Positions 10,354-19,746 of a DNA stretch of 64,000 nt are shown in pieces; position 1 is the first letter of the stretch; every line of letters starts with the position of its first letter. The notes under the pieces are model-generated. The model was not told where the DNA came from, did no database searches, and saw nothing but the letters and a program-made list of their open reading frames with translations. The stretch comes from an uncultured Candidatus Saccharibacteria bacterium. GTDB taxonomy: Bacteria; Patescibacteriota; Saccharimonadia; Saccharimonadales; Saccharimonadaceae. The DNA is taken from the NCBI GenBank assembly GCA_963516005.1, contig CAUPYP010000001.1, positions 39,400-103,399 of the forward strand, given 5' to 3'. Both the position numbers and the translations under genes were made by a program.

Positions 10354-11717
10354 TGAAAACGATTGATATTATCAAACGGGCTGGTCGGAACTTACGTCGG
10401 GCCAAGATGCGTACTTTTTTGACCAGTGTGGCGATTGCGGTGGGCGGTTTTGCGATTATGGCTTCGTTGATGGCGGGCGAGGGCGCGCGTCAGTATGTTG
10501 ATCGGATTATTTCGAGTAATATTGACCCTAACGGATTAATTATTACTAAGGATGAAAAACTCGTTAGTATGCGCGTCAATGGCGGTATGGGTAATGATCT
10601 AAAAGAATATAATCCCGACGCTATGGCTTATTATGGGCGTGATTATACTAGTTTAACACAGCAAGATTTAGATAAGCTACGAGCTCGATCTGATCTAAAA
10701 GATGTCTTGCCGATGTATAATATCACGCCTAAATACACTGTATTTGAGGCGGTCAAGGATAAAAAATATATCGCTTCAGTGATGGTTCATGATCACACGA
10801 CGAAGAGTGAACCACTCGCTGGCAAAAGTTTAGCTGTTGGTCAGAAGTTAAATGACGATGAAGTGACTATTCCTGAGAGTTTTTTACAGACGCTCAATAA
10901 AACAGCCGATCAGATGCTTGGTTCTAAAGTGACGATTACGGTAGCACAACAACCGCAAAAAGTCGATGAAGCGACTGTTCGGCGAATTTTTATGGAGCAA
11001 GGTGAGGCTGGCTTGCGGAAGTTGACTGAGGTTAAAACCCTTAACAAAGAGTTGACAATTACTGCAGTGCTTAAAAAATCACCAGATCAGATCTCTAATA
11101 TGCCAATGATTCGGGTAAGCCAAAATGTAGCACGAGAATTGAGTGAGTTCAGTACGGTCGGTACTGAAATGCACCAAAAATATCTATTGGTGCAAGCGAC
11201 GGCTGTTTCCAAAACTCCTGAGGAAGTCAAACGATCGCTCAAAGACGCTGGCTATCATTCAATGACTTCTAAAGATATGCAGTCGATGATTTTTACCTTT
11301 GTTAACGTGCTACAAAACATCGTTATGGGATTTGGTGCGCTGGCACTGATTGTCAGTATCTTTGGCATCGTCAACACTCAATATATTTCGGTATTGGAAC
11401 GTACTCAGCAAATTGGCTTGATGAAGGCACTAGGTGCTTCAAGACGTGATATCGCACGGTTATTTCGCTATGAAGCTGGCTGGGTTGGCTTCTTGGGCGG
11501 GCTATTTGGTGTGACACTAGCTTACCTCGTAGCTGTGATTTTTAATCCGGCAATTTCCCAGGCTTTGAACTTCGGTAAGCATGATTTGTTGGTGTTTAAA
11601 CTAGAGTTCGGTGTCGGCGTGATTGTGGTGCTGATGTTGGTGGCAATTGTGGCTGGCTTATTGCCAAGTCGTAAGGCCGCGAAGCTCGATCCAATTGAAG
11701 CTCTGCGGACAGAATAA
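10353..11717 (+). CDS. ABC transporter permease, FtsX/MacB-type with a large periplasmic domain
   Basis: TM1, an extracytoplasmic domain of about 250 aa, and a C-terminal FtsX-like 3-TM bundle ending KLDPIEALR. Its start overlaps the ATPase stop. Confidence 0.85.
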   Translation: MKTIDIIKRAGRNLRRAKMRTFLTSVAIAVGGFAIMASLMAGEGARQYVDRIISSNIDPNGLIITKDEKLVSMRVNGGMGNDLKEYNPDAMAYYGRDYTSLTQQDLDKLRARSDLKDVLPMYNITPKYTVFEAVKDKKYIASVMVHDHTTKSEPLAGKSLAVGQKLNDDEVTIPESFLQTLNKTADQMLGSKVTITVAQQPQKVDEATVRRIFMEQGEAGLRKLTEVKTLNKELTITAVLKKSPDQISNMPMIRVSQNVARELSEFSTVGTEMHQKYLLVQATAVSKTPEEVKRSLKDAGYHSMTSKDMQSMIFTFVNVLQNIVMGFGALALIVSIFGIVNTQYISVLERTQQIGLMKALGASRRDIARLFRYEAGWVGFLGGLFGVTLAYLVAVIFNPAISQALNFGKHDLLVFKLEFGVGVIVVLMLVAIVAGLLPSRKAAKLDPIEALRTE

Positions 11718-11723
11718 GGCTGG

Positions 11724-11755
11724 GGCGTGCTCAAATAATTGAGCGCGCCTCTATT
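11724..11755 (+). terminator. Terminator-like hairpin after the ABC permease gene
   Basis: Stem GGCGTGCTCAA / TTGAGCGCGCC. The T-rich tail is weak. Confidence 0.45.
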
Positions 11756-11778
11756 ATATAAAACGACAAAAACAGTTT

Positions 11779-11807
11779 TTGCTAAAAAAGTCAAAAAATA
11801 GTAAAAT
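11779..11807 (+). promoter_or_regulatory. uppS promoter TTGCTA-17-TAAAAT, with the -10 box 7 nt upstream of ATG 11815
   Basis: Read directly from the sequence. There is no SD between the -10 and the ATG. Confidence 0.5.
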
Positions 11808-11814
11808 TAGAATT

Positions 11815-12495
11815 ATGAACAACAGTGTGCAGTCAATTGGCTTTATCGTAGATGGCAATCGTCGTTGGGCGGTAGAACAAGGCATGAGTAAACTTGATGG
11901 TCATCGATATGGCGCTGATCGAGTGATGGATGTGATTGATTGGGCGTTTGAGTTAGGTGTCAAGCAACTGTGTTTTTATCTATTTTCAACCGAAAATTGG
12001 AATCGCACGCCAATTGAAGTCAAGGCACTGATGAGCTTGTTTGAGGTGCAGTTTAAGAAGTTTGCTGAGCAAGCACGACGCAAAGGGGCGCGGATTCATT
12101 TTATTGGACGCAAAACAGACTTTTCACCAAAACTACAAAAACTGATGGCGGAGCTGGAAGCAGAAACTGCTCGTAATCAGCGAATTGAGATTTTTTTCGC
12201 AGTTTCGTATGGTGGTCGAGCAGAAATTATTGAGGCGATTAAAACTTTACAACCGCAACAATTAGCGAATCTGACTGAACAAACTTTTGAATCAAGTTTA
12301 TGGTCCGCGGGTCTGACTGACCCGGAATTAATTATTCGCACTGGTGGCGACCATCGCCTGTCGAACTTCCTTCTCTGGAAGTCTTCATACTCGGAACTAG
12401 TTTTTACACAAACCAAGTGGCCAGATTTTTCGCAAGAAGAATTGCAATCAATTATCAAAAACTATCAACAAGTAAGAATTAATAAAGGAAAATAA
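11815..12495 (+). CDS. uppS: Undecaprenyl-diphosphate synthase (cis-isoprenyl transferase)
   Basis: Motifs IVDGNRRWA, STENWNR and RTGGDHRLSNFLLW are present. I chose the ATG at 11815 because the TTG at 11779 coincides with a -35 box. Confidence 0.9.
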   Translation: MNNSVQSIGFIVDGNRRWAVEQGMSKLDGHRYGADRVMDVIDWAFELGVKQLCFYLFSTENWNRTPIEVKALMSLFEVQFKKFAEQARRKGARIHFIGRKTDFSPKLQKLMAELEAETARNQRIEIFFAVSYGGRAEIIEAIKTLQPQQLANLTEQTFESSLWSAGLTDPELIIRTGGDHRLSNFLLWKSSYSELVFTQTKWPDFSQEELQSIIKNYQQVRINKGK

Positions 12496-12496
12496 T

Positions 12497-13798
12497 ATGC
12501 TAGATATCAATTTTATTCGCGACAACCAAGATAAAGTCCAACAAAACGCTATCAACAAAGGTGTTGATGTGAGCGTAGCAGATTTGATTAAGTTGGATGA
12601 TCGACGCCGTGAGTTGCAAGCGCAACTGGATGAGCTACGTCAAACCCGCAACCAAATCGCCGACCAAATCAAGCAAGCCGGTAAGCCGGATCAAGAGCTT
12701 ATTGACAAAGGTAAAGCGATCAAAGAACAATTAACGGCACTAGAGGCTGACTTTAATCAGAATTATGAACAATATTTAGCGCTGTTGAAGCGTGTTCCGA
12801 ATATGGCGCTTGATAGTGTGCCAGTTGGTTTGACTGAGGATGAAAACGTGCTTGATTATCAGGTGGGCGAACCAACCAAGTTTGATTTTGAACCAAAAAA
12901 TCACTACGAAATTGCTAAAATGCGTGATTGGATTGATAAAGAACGAGCGGCGCAAGTGACTGGTGCGCGGTTTGCTTATCTAAAAGGTGATTTAGTGAAA
13001 TTGCAATTTGCAATTATCAACTTCGTGATGGACACGCTGAGTGATGAGGCAGTAATTGCGCAAATTGTGCATGATAATAATCTGAACATCAGCACTAAAC
13101 CATTTATGCCGATTTTGCCGCCATATATGATTAAAACTGCACCGTATGACGCCATGGATCGCCTCGAGCCTCGCGAAGATCGCTATAAGATTGAAGGTGA
13201 GGATTTGTGGCTACAGGGTAGTGCGGAGCACGTTCTAGGAAGCATGCATGCTGGTGAAATTTTTGAAGAAGCGGATTTGCCAGTGCGCTATCTCGGCTAT
13301 GCAACTAGTTTCCGCAAAGAAGCTGGAACTTATGGCAAGGATATGGAAGGGATTTTACGCATGCACCAGTTTGATAAACTAGAGATGGAAACCTTCACAA
13401 CTGCTGAAAAAAGCCATGACGAACACCGCTTGTTGGTGGCAATTCAGGAATATATGTTAAAAGCGCTCGAATTACCGTATCAAGTGATTAAAAAATGTAC
13501 TTTTGATATTGGTAAACCAAACGCTGCTGGCGTTGATATGGAGGTGTGGTTGCCAGGTCAGGGCAAATACCGTGAAACGCACACTGCTGACTATATGACG
13601 GATTATCAAGCGCGTCGTTTGCAAACGCGCGTCCGTCGTGCTAATGGCGAGCTGGAGCTAATCCATACGAATGACGCAACAGCTTTTGCGATTGGTCGGT
13701 TGCTGATTGCGATTATCGAAAACGGTCAAACTGCTGACGCCAAGGTCAAAATCCCAACCGTTCTGCAAAATTATCTGGGTGGCCGAACAGAGATTTAG
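12497..13798 (+). CDS. serS: Seryl-tRNA synthetase
   Basis: An N-terminal coiled-coil arm (MLDINFIRDN..) is followed by a class II core (FRKEAG, GSAEH). Confidence 0.95.
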   Translation: MLDINFIRDNQDKVQQNAINKGVDVSVADLIKLDDRRRELQAQLDELRQTRNQIADQIKQAGKPDQELIDKGKAIKEQLTALEADFNQNYEQYLALLKRVPNMALDSVPVGLTEDENVLDYQVGEPTKFDFEPKNHYEIAKMRDWIDKERAAQVTGARFAYLKGDLVKLQFAIINFVMDTLSDEAVIAQIVHDNNLNISTKPFMPILPPYMIKTAPYDAMDRLEPREDRYKIEGEDLWLQGSAEHVLGSMHAGEIFEEADLPVRYLGYATSFRKEAGTYGKDMEGILRMHQFDKLEMETFTTAEKSHDEHRLLVAIQEYMLKALELPYQVIKKCTFDIGKPNAAGVDMEVWLPGQGKYRETHTADYMTDYQARRLQTRVRRANGELELIHTNDATAFAIGRLLIAIIENGQTADAKVKIPTVLQNYLGGRTEI

Positions 13799-13881
13799 GA
13801 CGCGAGCTAAAACTTGATTACCTCTTGAGTGATGGTGAAGCTTTATGATAAAATAAAGACAAGCAAAACTGAAAGGAAAAT

Positions 13882-14250
13882 ATGAACAAAGTTGAAATTT
13901 CGACCATTAAATATGACGCCGATGATACCATTAAACAATACGCTGAGAAAAAAATCGGCCATACTTTGAAATATCTGCCACGTCACGCTAAGAAAAGTGC
14001 TAGTTGTCACGTCACTCTCGAGAAACTTTCAAAAAAGCGCGATGATCAGTATCAGGTTGAGGTGGCGATTACCGTTCCAGATAAGACTTTGACTGTTACG
14101 TCGAATGCCAGTACGATTTTGGCGGCGATTGATATTGCACAACCAAAAATCCTGTCGCAAGTACGCCGTTACAAAACCGAAACCGTTCCGCATATCGGTA
14201 AACGAGGCGTGTTCTCAAAACTGAAGAATAAGTTTTTAAACCGCAAATAA
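13882..14250 (+). CDS. hpf: Ribosome hibernation/associated factor (HPF/RaiA family, short form)
   Basis: 122 aa. The N-terminal beta-alpha pattern (MNKVEIST..DDTIKQYAEKKI) fits the family, as does its position upstream of secA as in Firmicutes. Confidence 0.6.
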   Translation: MNKVEISTIKYDADDTIKQYAEKKIGHTLKYLPRHAKKSASCHVTLEKLSKKRDDQYQVEVAITVPDKTLTVTSNASTILAAIDIAQPKILSQVRRYKTETVPHIGKRGVFSKLKNKFLNRK

Positions 14251-14278
14251 TACGGAAGCCACATCTCTCAAACAAAAC

Positions 14279-14310
14279 ATCACCTCGACTTAGTGCGAGG
14301 TGATATTTGC
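14279..14310 (+). terminator. Terminator-like hairpin after hpf
   Basis: Stem ATCACCTCG / CGAGGTGAT followed by ATTTGCG. Confidence 0.5.
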
Positions 14311-14351
14311 GTAATAAATAATGAGGCGCTGGTTTTTAGATTAAATATTAG

Positions 14352-14381
14352 ACCAAAAACCCGCTAGCGGATACTAGCGGG
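14352..14381 (-). terminator. Intrinsic terminator after rpmB
   Basis: On the - strand the stem CCCGCTAG / CTAGCGGG is followed by TTTTTGG. Confidence 0.65.
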
Positions 14382-14388
14382 CAAGGGG

Positions 14389-14586
14389 TTATTTTTTAAT
14401 TAAACCTTTTTTGCGCAGAGTGCGGATAGCTTGGGTTGAAAGTGTCATGGTTACTTTTTTGCCGTCAACGGTCAGAGTTTTCTTCTGTAGATTTGGTTTA
14501 AAAACTCGTTTAGTTCGGCGTTGGGAAAAGCTGACATTGTGCCCAAACATTTTGCCTTTGCCGGTCAATTCACATTTTGATGCCAT
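14389..14586 (-). CDS. rpmB: 50S ribosomal protein L28
   Basis: The sequence MASKCELTGKGKMFGHNVSFSQRRTKRVFKPNLQ is the classic L28 sequence. Confidence 0.95.
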   Translation of the reverse strand: MASKCELTGKGKMFGHNVSFSQRRTKRVFKPNLQKKTLTVDGKKVTMTLSTQAIRTLRKKGLIKK

Positions 14587-14618
14587 TATTTTTACCTTTG
14601 TTTTAAATTATCCATGTA

Positions 14619-14647
14619 ATTTTACCTGATTTACTGCTAAAAGTCAA
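14619..14647 (-). promoter_or_regulatory. rpmB promoter TTGACT-17-TAAAAT
   Basis: On the - strand the -35 is at 14642-14647 and the -10 at 14619-14624. Confidence 0.55.
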
Positions 14648-14648
14648 A

Positions 14649-15929
14649 TCAGAACCAACGTTTGCGTTTTTTGGCAGGGGCAGGGCGATTAGCGATGACT
14701 TTTTCAAAAAGCTCAATCATTTTGCGGGTTTGTTCCAGCTCAGAGAATTGTTGAGCGCGCGCCTGAACTGCTTTCGACATGACCCGATATTGATCTGTCG
14801 GCAGAGATAGTAATTGAATAATAGTATTCGCTAGATTTCGCGGGTTATTGCGGGCAAACATACCAGTTTGGTTGGGGATGAGCAGTTCGCTGACTTCGCG
14901 ATCGACTAAGATCAGTGGTAAGCCGGCCATGGCGGCCTCATGAACAACTAAGCCCTGAGTATCGGTAATAGACGGAAAGGCGAAGACGTCGCCAAGAGCA
15001 TAATAATCGCCTAGTTGATGGCGCGGAACTTTACCAGTGAAAATGATTTTGTCGGCGTGGCGTTTGTGGCTTGCTTTTTCCTCGAGAATTGGGCGATATT
15101 CATAATCACCAACTAATACCAGATAGGTCTCAGGCATGGCATCATTAACACGATCGAAACAATCGACTAATAAATCGAGGTTTTTTTCGGCAGCGATTCG
15201 CCCAACATACAAAATTACCTTGGCGTCATCAGGAATGCCAAGTTTAGCACGTAATTTCGAGCTGTTGGCGGTTGGTTTGATAGCATCAACGCCAGTTGGC
15301 AGGAGCTCAACACGACTTTGGGTTTTCCAGGCGATCAGTTGTTTCTGTTTTTTGCGCGATAGAGCAATTACCGCATCACAGTTGTTATGGAGCATGGTGA
15401 CGCAGTTTTTAACCAGACTTTGTGAGAATTTAATATTGGTTTTGCGACGATGGCGCAGATCGTTGGCGATATTGGCAAGAGCTTTGCCACCGCCTTTGAG
15501 TGAAACGGTAGCGATACCAGTCAGAGCTAACACGCCAGGCATGGCCTCAGGATAGAGGCGAACGTATTCGTAAACGTCGGTGGAGTATTGTGTGACGAGC
15601 GGTAAGTTGAATTTTTTAGCGGCTGCGATACCTAATAAGCCGACTTGACTAGGGGTGAGAACTAGAATAATATCGAGTTTTTGGCGTTTGATTTTACGCA
15701 GTTCGACCGCTGGGAAGAAAATGCTAGTTAAATAATCATCATAAAATAAGCCTTGAATAGCCGGGAAGCGGACAACGTTAGGCTTAGTCTCTTTGTAACG
15801 AAATGGTTTTGGCGCAAAAATCACCACCTCATGACCGAGTTTTTTAAAATTAGTTTCCAAAATATCAATCACGGCTACCACGCCATTGACTTGAGGTTTA
15901 TAATAATCGCTAAAAATTCCAATCCGCAT
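14649..15929 (-). CDS. GT4-family glycosyltransferase (possibly a glycolipid/diacylglycerol glycosyltransferase)
   Basis: N-terminal MRIGIFSDYYKPQVNGV plus the EX7E region (HEAAMAGLPLI). It is the downstream gene of a tandem GT4 pair. Confidence 0.75.
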   Translation of the reverse strand: MRIGIFSDYYKPQVNGVVAVIDILETNFKKLGHEVVIFAPKPFRYKETKPNVVRFPAIQGLFYDDYLTSIFFPAVELRKIKRQKLDIILVLTPSQVGLLGIAAAKKFNLPLVTQYSTDVYEYVRLYPEAMPGVLALTGIATVSLKGGGKALANIANDLRHRRKTNIKFSQSLVKNCVTMLHNNCDAVIALSRKKQKQLIAWKTQSRVELLPTGVDAIKPTANSSKLRAKLGIPDDAKVILYVGRIAAEKNLDLLVDCFDRVNDAMPETYLVLVGDYEYRPILEEKASHKRHADKIIFTGKVPRHQLGDYYALGDVFAFPSITDTQGLVVHEAAMAGLPLILVDREVSELLIPNQTGMFARNNPRNLANTIIQLLSLPTDQYRVMSKAVQARAQQFSELEQTRKMIELFEKVIANRPAPAKKRKRWF

Positions 15930-16981
15930 TACTTCTCCTGGTCACCGTTTAATAATTGTTGATAAAATACCATGAGCTTGTCGATGGCTGTTTCGACGTC
16001 AAAACGCTTGGCGATGAGCGCTGATTTGGCTTGGTAATTACGTCGCAATTGGTCGTCATTTATGACTTGTTGGGCTAACTCATAAAAATCAGCATCGGTT
16101 TTTGCAAGTAGTACATCTTGACCAAAAGTATCGTGGTAATTAGGGATATCACGCAAAATAATCGGTAAACCGCTAGCGGCGGCCTCGATGACACACATCG
16201 GGTGGTTTTCTTGTTCAGCTGGTAAAATAAACAAATCAGCGACCGCGTAATATTTTTTGACTTGTTCAAGTGGAATCACGCCGGTAACCGTCATATTATC
16301 AGGCACAGATTGAATTAGTTGCTCCATAGCTTTATGGTCAGCGCCAAGATTTTTAAAAGGAATCCCGCCAACCCAGAAAAAACGCACGTTGGGCATTTTT
16401 TTTGCCATTTCGACTAAAATATCAAAGCGCTTGCGAGGTTGCACTTGACCATTGCCGATAATGACAAATTGTTCAGGTTGAATCTGCAATTCTTGACGAG
16501 CTTGAGCCCGCTCAGCATCTGAAAAATGATATTTGCTGGTGTCAATAGAATTATAGAGCACATCGGTATTGGTCAATTTCATGTTGTTAATCAGTTCGTC
16601 TTTGACCATACCGGAGCAGGCAAGCACTAAATCGGCTCGGCCGTAGAAGCGTTTGAGCCACCATGCGCCCAGCGGTCGCCAGTATTTAGCGCCGACGATT
16701 GAACCGATGAAGCTATCTGGTACGAGGTGGCCAGAGACGACTTTTTTGCCATATGGTTTGTTTAAAAACTTCCAAGCGAACGTGCCCATGGTGTGAATAT
16801 GAATAATGTCGGCTTTGACTTGTTTGTCATTGATATGAAGCTCAATATCAGGTCGTCGTTGCAGGCCGTCACGCATTTCGACATACGCGGTATGAACGCC
16901 ATGGCCTTTGACGGAGAATTCAGTTTCGGAGATAATATTGACGATTAATGGTTTTGTCATGTTTTTACTATAAATTGGCAT
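15929..16981 (-). CDS. GT4-family glycosyltransferase
   Basis: EX7E region (IEAAASGLPII). Its stop overlaps the start of the downstream GT4 gene. Confidence 0.75.
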   Translation of the reverse strand: MPIYSKNMTKPLIVNIISETEFSVKGHGVHTAYVEMRDGLQRRPDIELHINDKQVKADIIHIHTMGTFAWKFLNKPYGKKVVSGHLVPDSFIGSIVGAKYWRPLGAWWLKRFYGRADLVLACSGMVKDELINNMKLTNTDVLYNSIDTSKYHFSDAERAQARQELQIQPEQFVIIGNGQVQPRKRFDILVEMAKKMPNVRFFWVGGIPFKNLGADHKAMEQLIQSVPDNMTVTGVIPLEQVKKYYAVADLFILPAEQENHPMCVIEAAASGLPIILRDIPNYHDTFGQDVLLAKTDADFYELAQQVINDDQLRRNYQAKSALIAKRFDVETAIDKLMVFYQQLLNGDQEK

Positions 16982-17115
16982 CTGTTGTTAAATAAGATAT
17001 TATTATTATACTACATTTTGCAGTTGTGTGATTTTTACACTTTTAAAAAAGGTCAAAAAATCGTATAATTTAAGACAAAGTTTTTATAAGTTTAAAAATA
17101 TTGAAGGGAAATACC

Positions 17116-19731
17116 GTGAGCAAGGGGAAAATATTAAAACGAATTTTTGGTGACCCGCAGGCGAAGGCTCTGCGTCGGATTAAAACAAAAGTCAAAGAAA
17201 TCAATGACTTGGCGCCAAAATATCAGAAAATGTCCGACCAAGACCTGGTAGCACAAACTGACAAATTAAAAAAAGATTTAGCTAAAAAAACACTTGATAA
17301 AATCTTGCCAGAGGCGTTTGCAGTGGTACGTGAAGCCAGCGACCGTGTACTGAAAATGCGTCATTTTGACGTTCAGCTGATCGGTGGTATCGTTCTGCAC
17401 GAAGGCAATGTTGCCGAAATGAAAACTGGTGAAGGTAAAACGTTGGTGGCAACTTTGCCGGTTTATCTCAATGCGCTGGAGGGTAAGGGTGTGCACGTGG
17501 TGACCGTCAATGATTATCTAGCGAAGCGCGATGCCGGCTGGATGGGTCAAGTTTATGATTTCTTAGGTGTGAGTGTCGCGGTGATTGTGGCTGATGAGTC
17601 GTATATTTATGACAAAGATTACTCAAACGATAATTTCACTGATCCACGCATGAAAGCGCTGAAACCATGTACCCGTAAAGAAGCCTATATGGCGGACATT
17701 ACTTACGGTACGAATAATGAGTTTGGTTTTGACTATTTGCGTGACAACATGGTCAATGATGCTGAATTACTTCGTCAACGTGAACTGAACTTCGCGATTG
17801 TTGACGAGGTGGACTCAATTCTGATTGATGAAGCACGAACACCGTTGATTATTTCGTCGCCAGCTGGTGATAATCCTGATAGCTACAAACAATTTGCGAG
17901 TGTAGTGAGTAAATTAAACAAAGACGATTACGAAATTGACGAAAAACGTCGCTCAGTGTCGCTGACCGATGATGGTATCGAAAAAATCCAAAATATTCTC
18001 GGCGTCGAAAATCTTTATAGCCCAGAACATGTGCGGTTGGTTTATCACCTTAATCAGGCCTTGCGTGCCGAAACTTTATTTAAGCGTGACAAAGATTACG
18101 TGGTAACGACGAACGGTGAAGTCGTGATTGTCGATGAACACACTGGTCGGTTGATGGATGGCCGTCGTTATAACGAGGGTCTACACCAAGCCATTGAGGC
18201 CAAGGAAAATGTGCCAATTCTTGAGGAAAGTATGACTTTGGCGACAATTTCATTCCAGAACTACTTCCGTTTGTATAAAAAACTCTCGGGTATGACTGGT
18301 ACAGCCATGACTGAGGCAGAAGAGTTTCAGCAGATTTATAGTTTGGATGTGATTGAAATTCCATCCAACAAGCCACTGGCACGTGAAGACAAACCAGATT
18401 TGATTTTCAAAACTGAACGGGCGAAGATTTTGGCCGTAGTTGAGGCGATTAAAGAACATCACTCAGCTGGTCGACCAGTGTTGGTGGGCTCGGGTTCAAT
18501 CGAAAAAAACGAAGTGATTGCGACCTATCTCGACCAGGCTGGTTTGCCATATGAACTGCTTAACGCGAAAAACAACGAGCGCGAGGCGGCGATTGTCGCC
18601 AAGGCTGGCGAAAAAGGCGCAATTACATTGGCAACCAATATCGCTGGTCGTGGTACCGACATTGTCTTGGGCGAAGGTGTTAAAGAATTGGGCGGTTTGG
18701 TGGTGATTGGTTCAGAGCGTCACGAATCACGCCGAATTGATAATCAGTTGCGCGGTCGCAGTGGCCGTCAGGGTGACCCAGGTGAAAGCCAATTCTTTGT
18801 CTCAACCGAGGATGATTTGATGCGTATTTTTCAAGGTGAACGAATTGCGCTCCTGATGGATCGTCTAAATATCGATGAGTCAATTCCGATTAAAAACAGT
18901 GCACTATCGAAGCTGTTAGAATCATCCCAGCGCCGAGTCGAAGGTTTTAACTTTGACACCCGCAAAAATGTGGTGCAATATGACAATGTCATTAACCGCC
19001 ACCGCAAAGTGGTGTATGGTATGCGCCGTAAGATTTTGGAAGGGGAAGATATTGCCGATGAAATCACTCGTTTGATCAACGAAAAGACTAAAGATTTGGC
19101 CTTCTTACCAGCCAAGATTAATCCGAAATTTGTTGAGAATTTTACAACAATTTTACCACGAGTGAGTGAAGACGTATTTGAGGAAATCGGTCAAATCAAA
19201 AAAGACAAAGAACGCTTAAATGCTACTCGCAAGCTCCTCAAAGAAGTCTATGCCGAAAAAGAAGCAGAATTTACTCCAGAGTTAATGCGCAAAATCGAGC
19301 GTGAAGTCTATATGCAAGTGCTAGACGTGCTGTGGATGCAACACCTCGAGAATATGCAACACTTGCGTGAGGGTATTCACTGGCGCAGTATCGGTCAGCG
19401 TGATCCGCTAGTGGAATATCGAGCTGAATCTCAGAAGCTGTTTGAAGCGGTGCAGATGTCATTGCGTGATGAAGTTTTAAAAACTATCTTAAACCTGTCG
19501 CAAAACCAGCTCAATCCGAGCTTAGTCGATGATGATTACCAGACGGAACTGACTAAAGCAGCTGAAGGTGCAGTCGAAAAAGGCGTCAATGAAATCTCTA
19601 GCCATAAAGGTGTCGGTGATGATGACTTTGGAGCAAAAACAGCAGTCAAAACTACTGTCAAAACCAAGAATTATGATCGTAAAAAGAAAAAAACTGAGCG
19701 TAAAAACCGCAAAAAAGGTCGCCGTAAATAG
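17116..19731 (+). CDS. secA: Preprotein translocase ATPase SecA
   Basis: DEAD-motor motifs are present (MKTGEGKTLV, DEVDSILIDEARTPLIIS, TNIAGRGTDI). The GTG at 17116 follows GAAGGGAAA. The C-terminus is a Lys/Arg tail with no zinc-finger motif. Confidence 0.95.
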   Translation: MSKGKILKRIFGDPQAKALRRIKTKVKEINDLAPKYQKMSDQDLVAQTDKLKKDLAKKTLDKILPEAFAVVREASDRVLKMRHFDVQLIGGIVLHEGNVAEMKTGEGKTLVATLPVYLNALEGKGVHVVTVNDYLAKRDAGWMGQVYDFLGVSVAVIVADESYIYDKDYSNDNFTDPRMKALKPCTRKEAYMADITYGTNNEFGFDYLRDNMVNDAELLRQRELNFAIVDEVDSILIDEARTPLIISSPAGDNPDSYKQFASVVSKLNKDDYEIDEKRRSVSLTDDGIEKIQNILGVENLYSPEHVRLVYHLNQALRAETLFKRDKDYVVTTNGEVVIVDEHTGRLMDGRRYNEGLHQAIEAKENVPILEESMTLATISFQNYFRLYKKLSGMTGTAMTEAEEFQQIYSLDVIEIPSNKPLAREDKPDLIFKTERAKILAVVEAIKEHHSAGRPVLVGSGSIEKNEVIATYLDQAGLPYELLNAKNNEREAAIVAKAGEKGAITLATNIAGRGTDIVLGEGVKELGGLVVIGSERHESRRIDNQLRGRSGRQGDPGESQFFVSTEDDLMRIFQGERIALLMDRLNIDESIPIKNSALSKLLESSQRRVEGFNFDTRKNVVQYDNVINRHRKVVYGMRRKILEGEDIADEITRLINEKTKDLAFLPAKINPKFVENFTTILPRVSEDVFEEIGQIKKDKERLNATRKLLKEVYAEKEAEFTPELMRKIEREVYMQVLDVLWMQHLENMQHLREGIHWRSIGQRDPLVEYRAESQKLFEAVQMSLRDEVLKTILNLSQNQLNPSLVDDDYQTELTKAAEGAVEKGVNEISSHKGVGDDDFGAKTAVKTTVKTKNYDRKKKKTERKNRKKGRRK

Positions 19732-19746
19732 TTATTAAGGAGGGTT

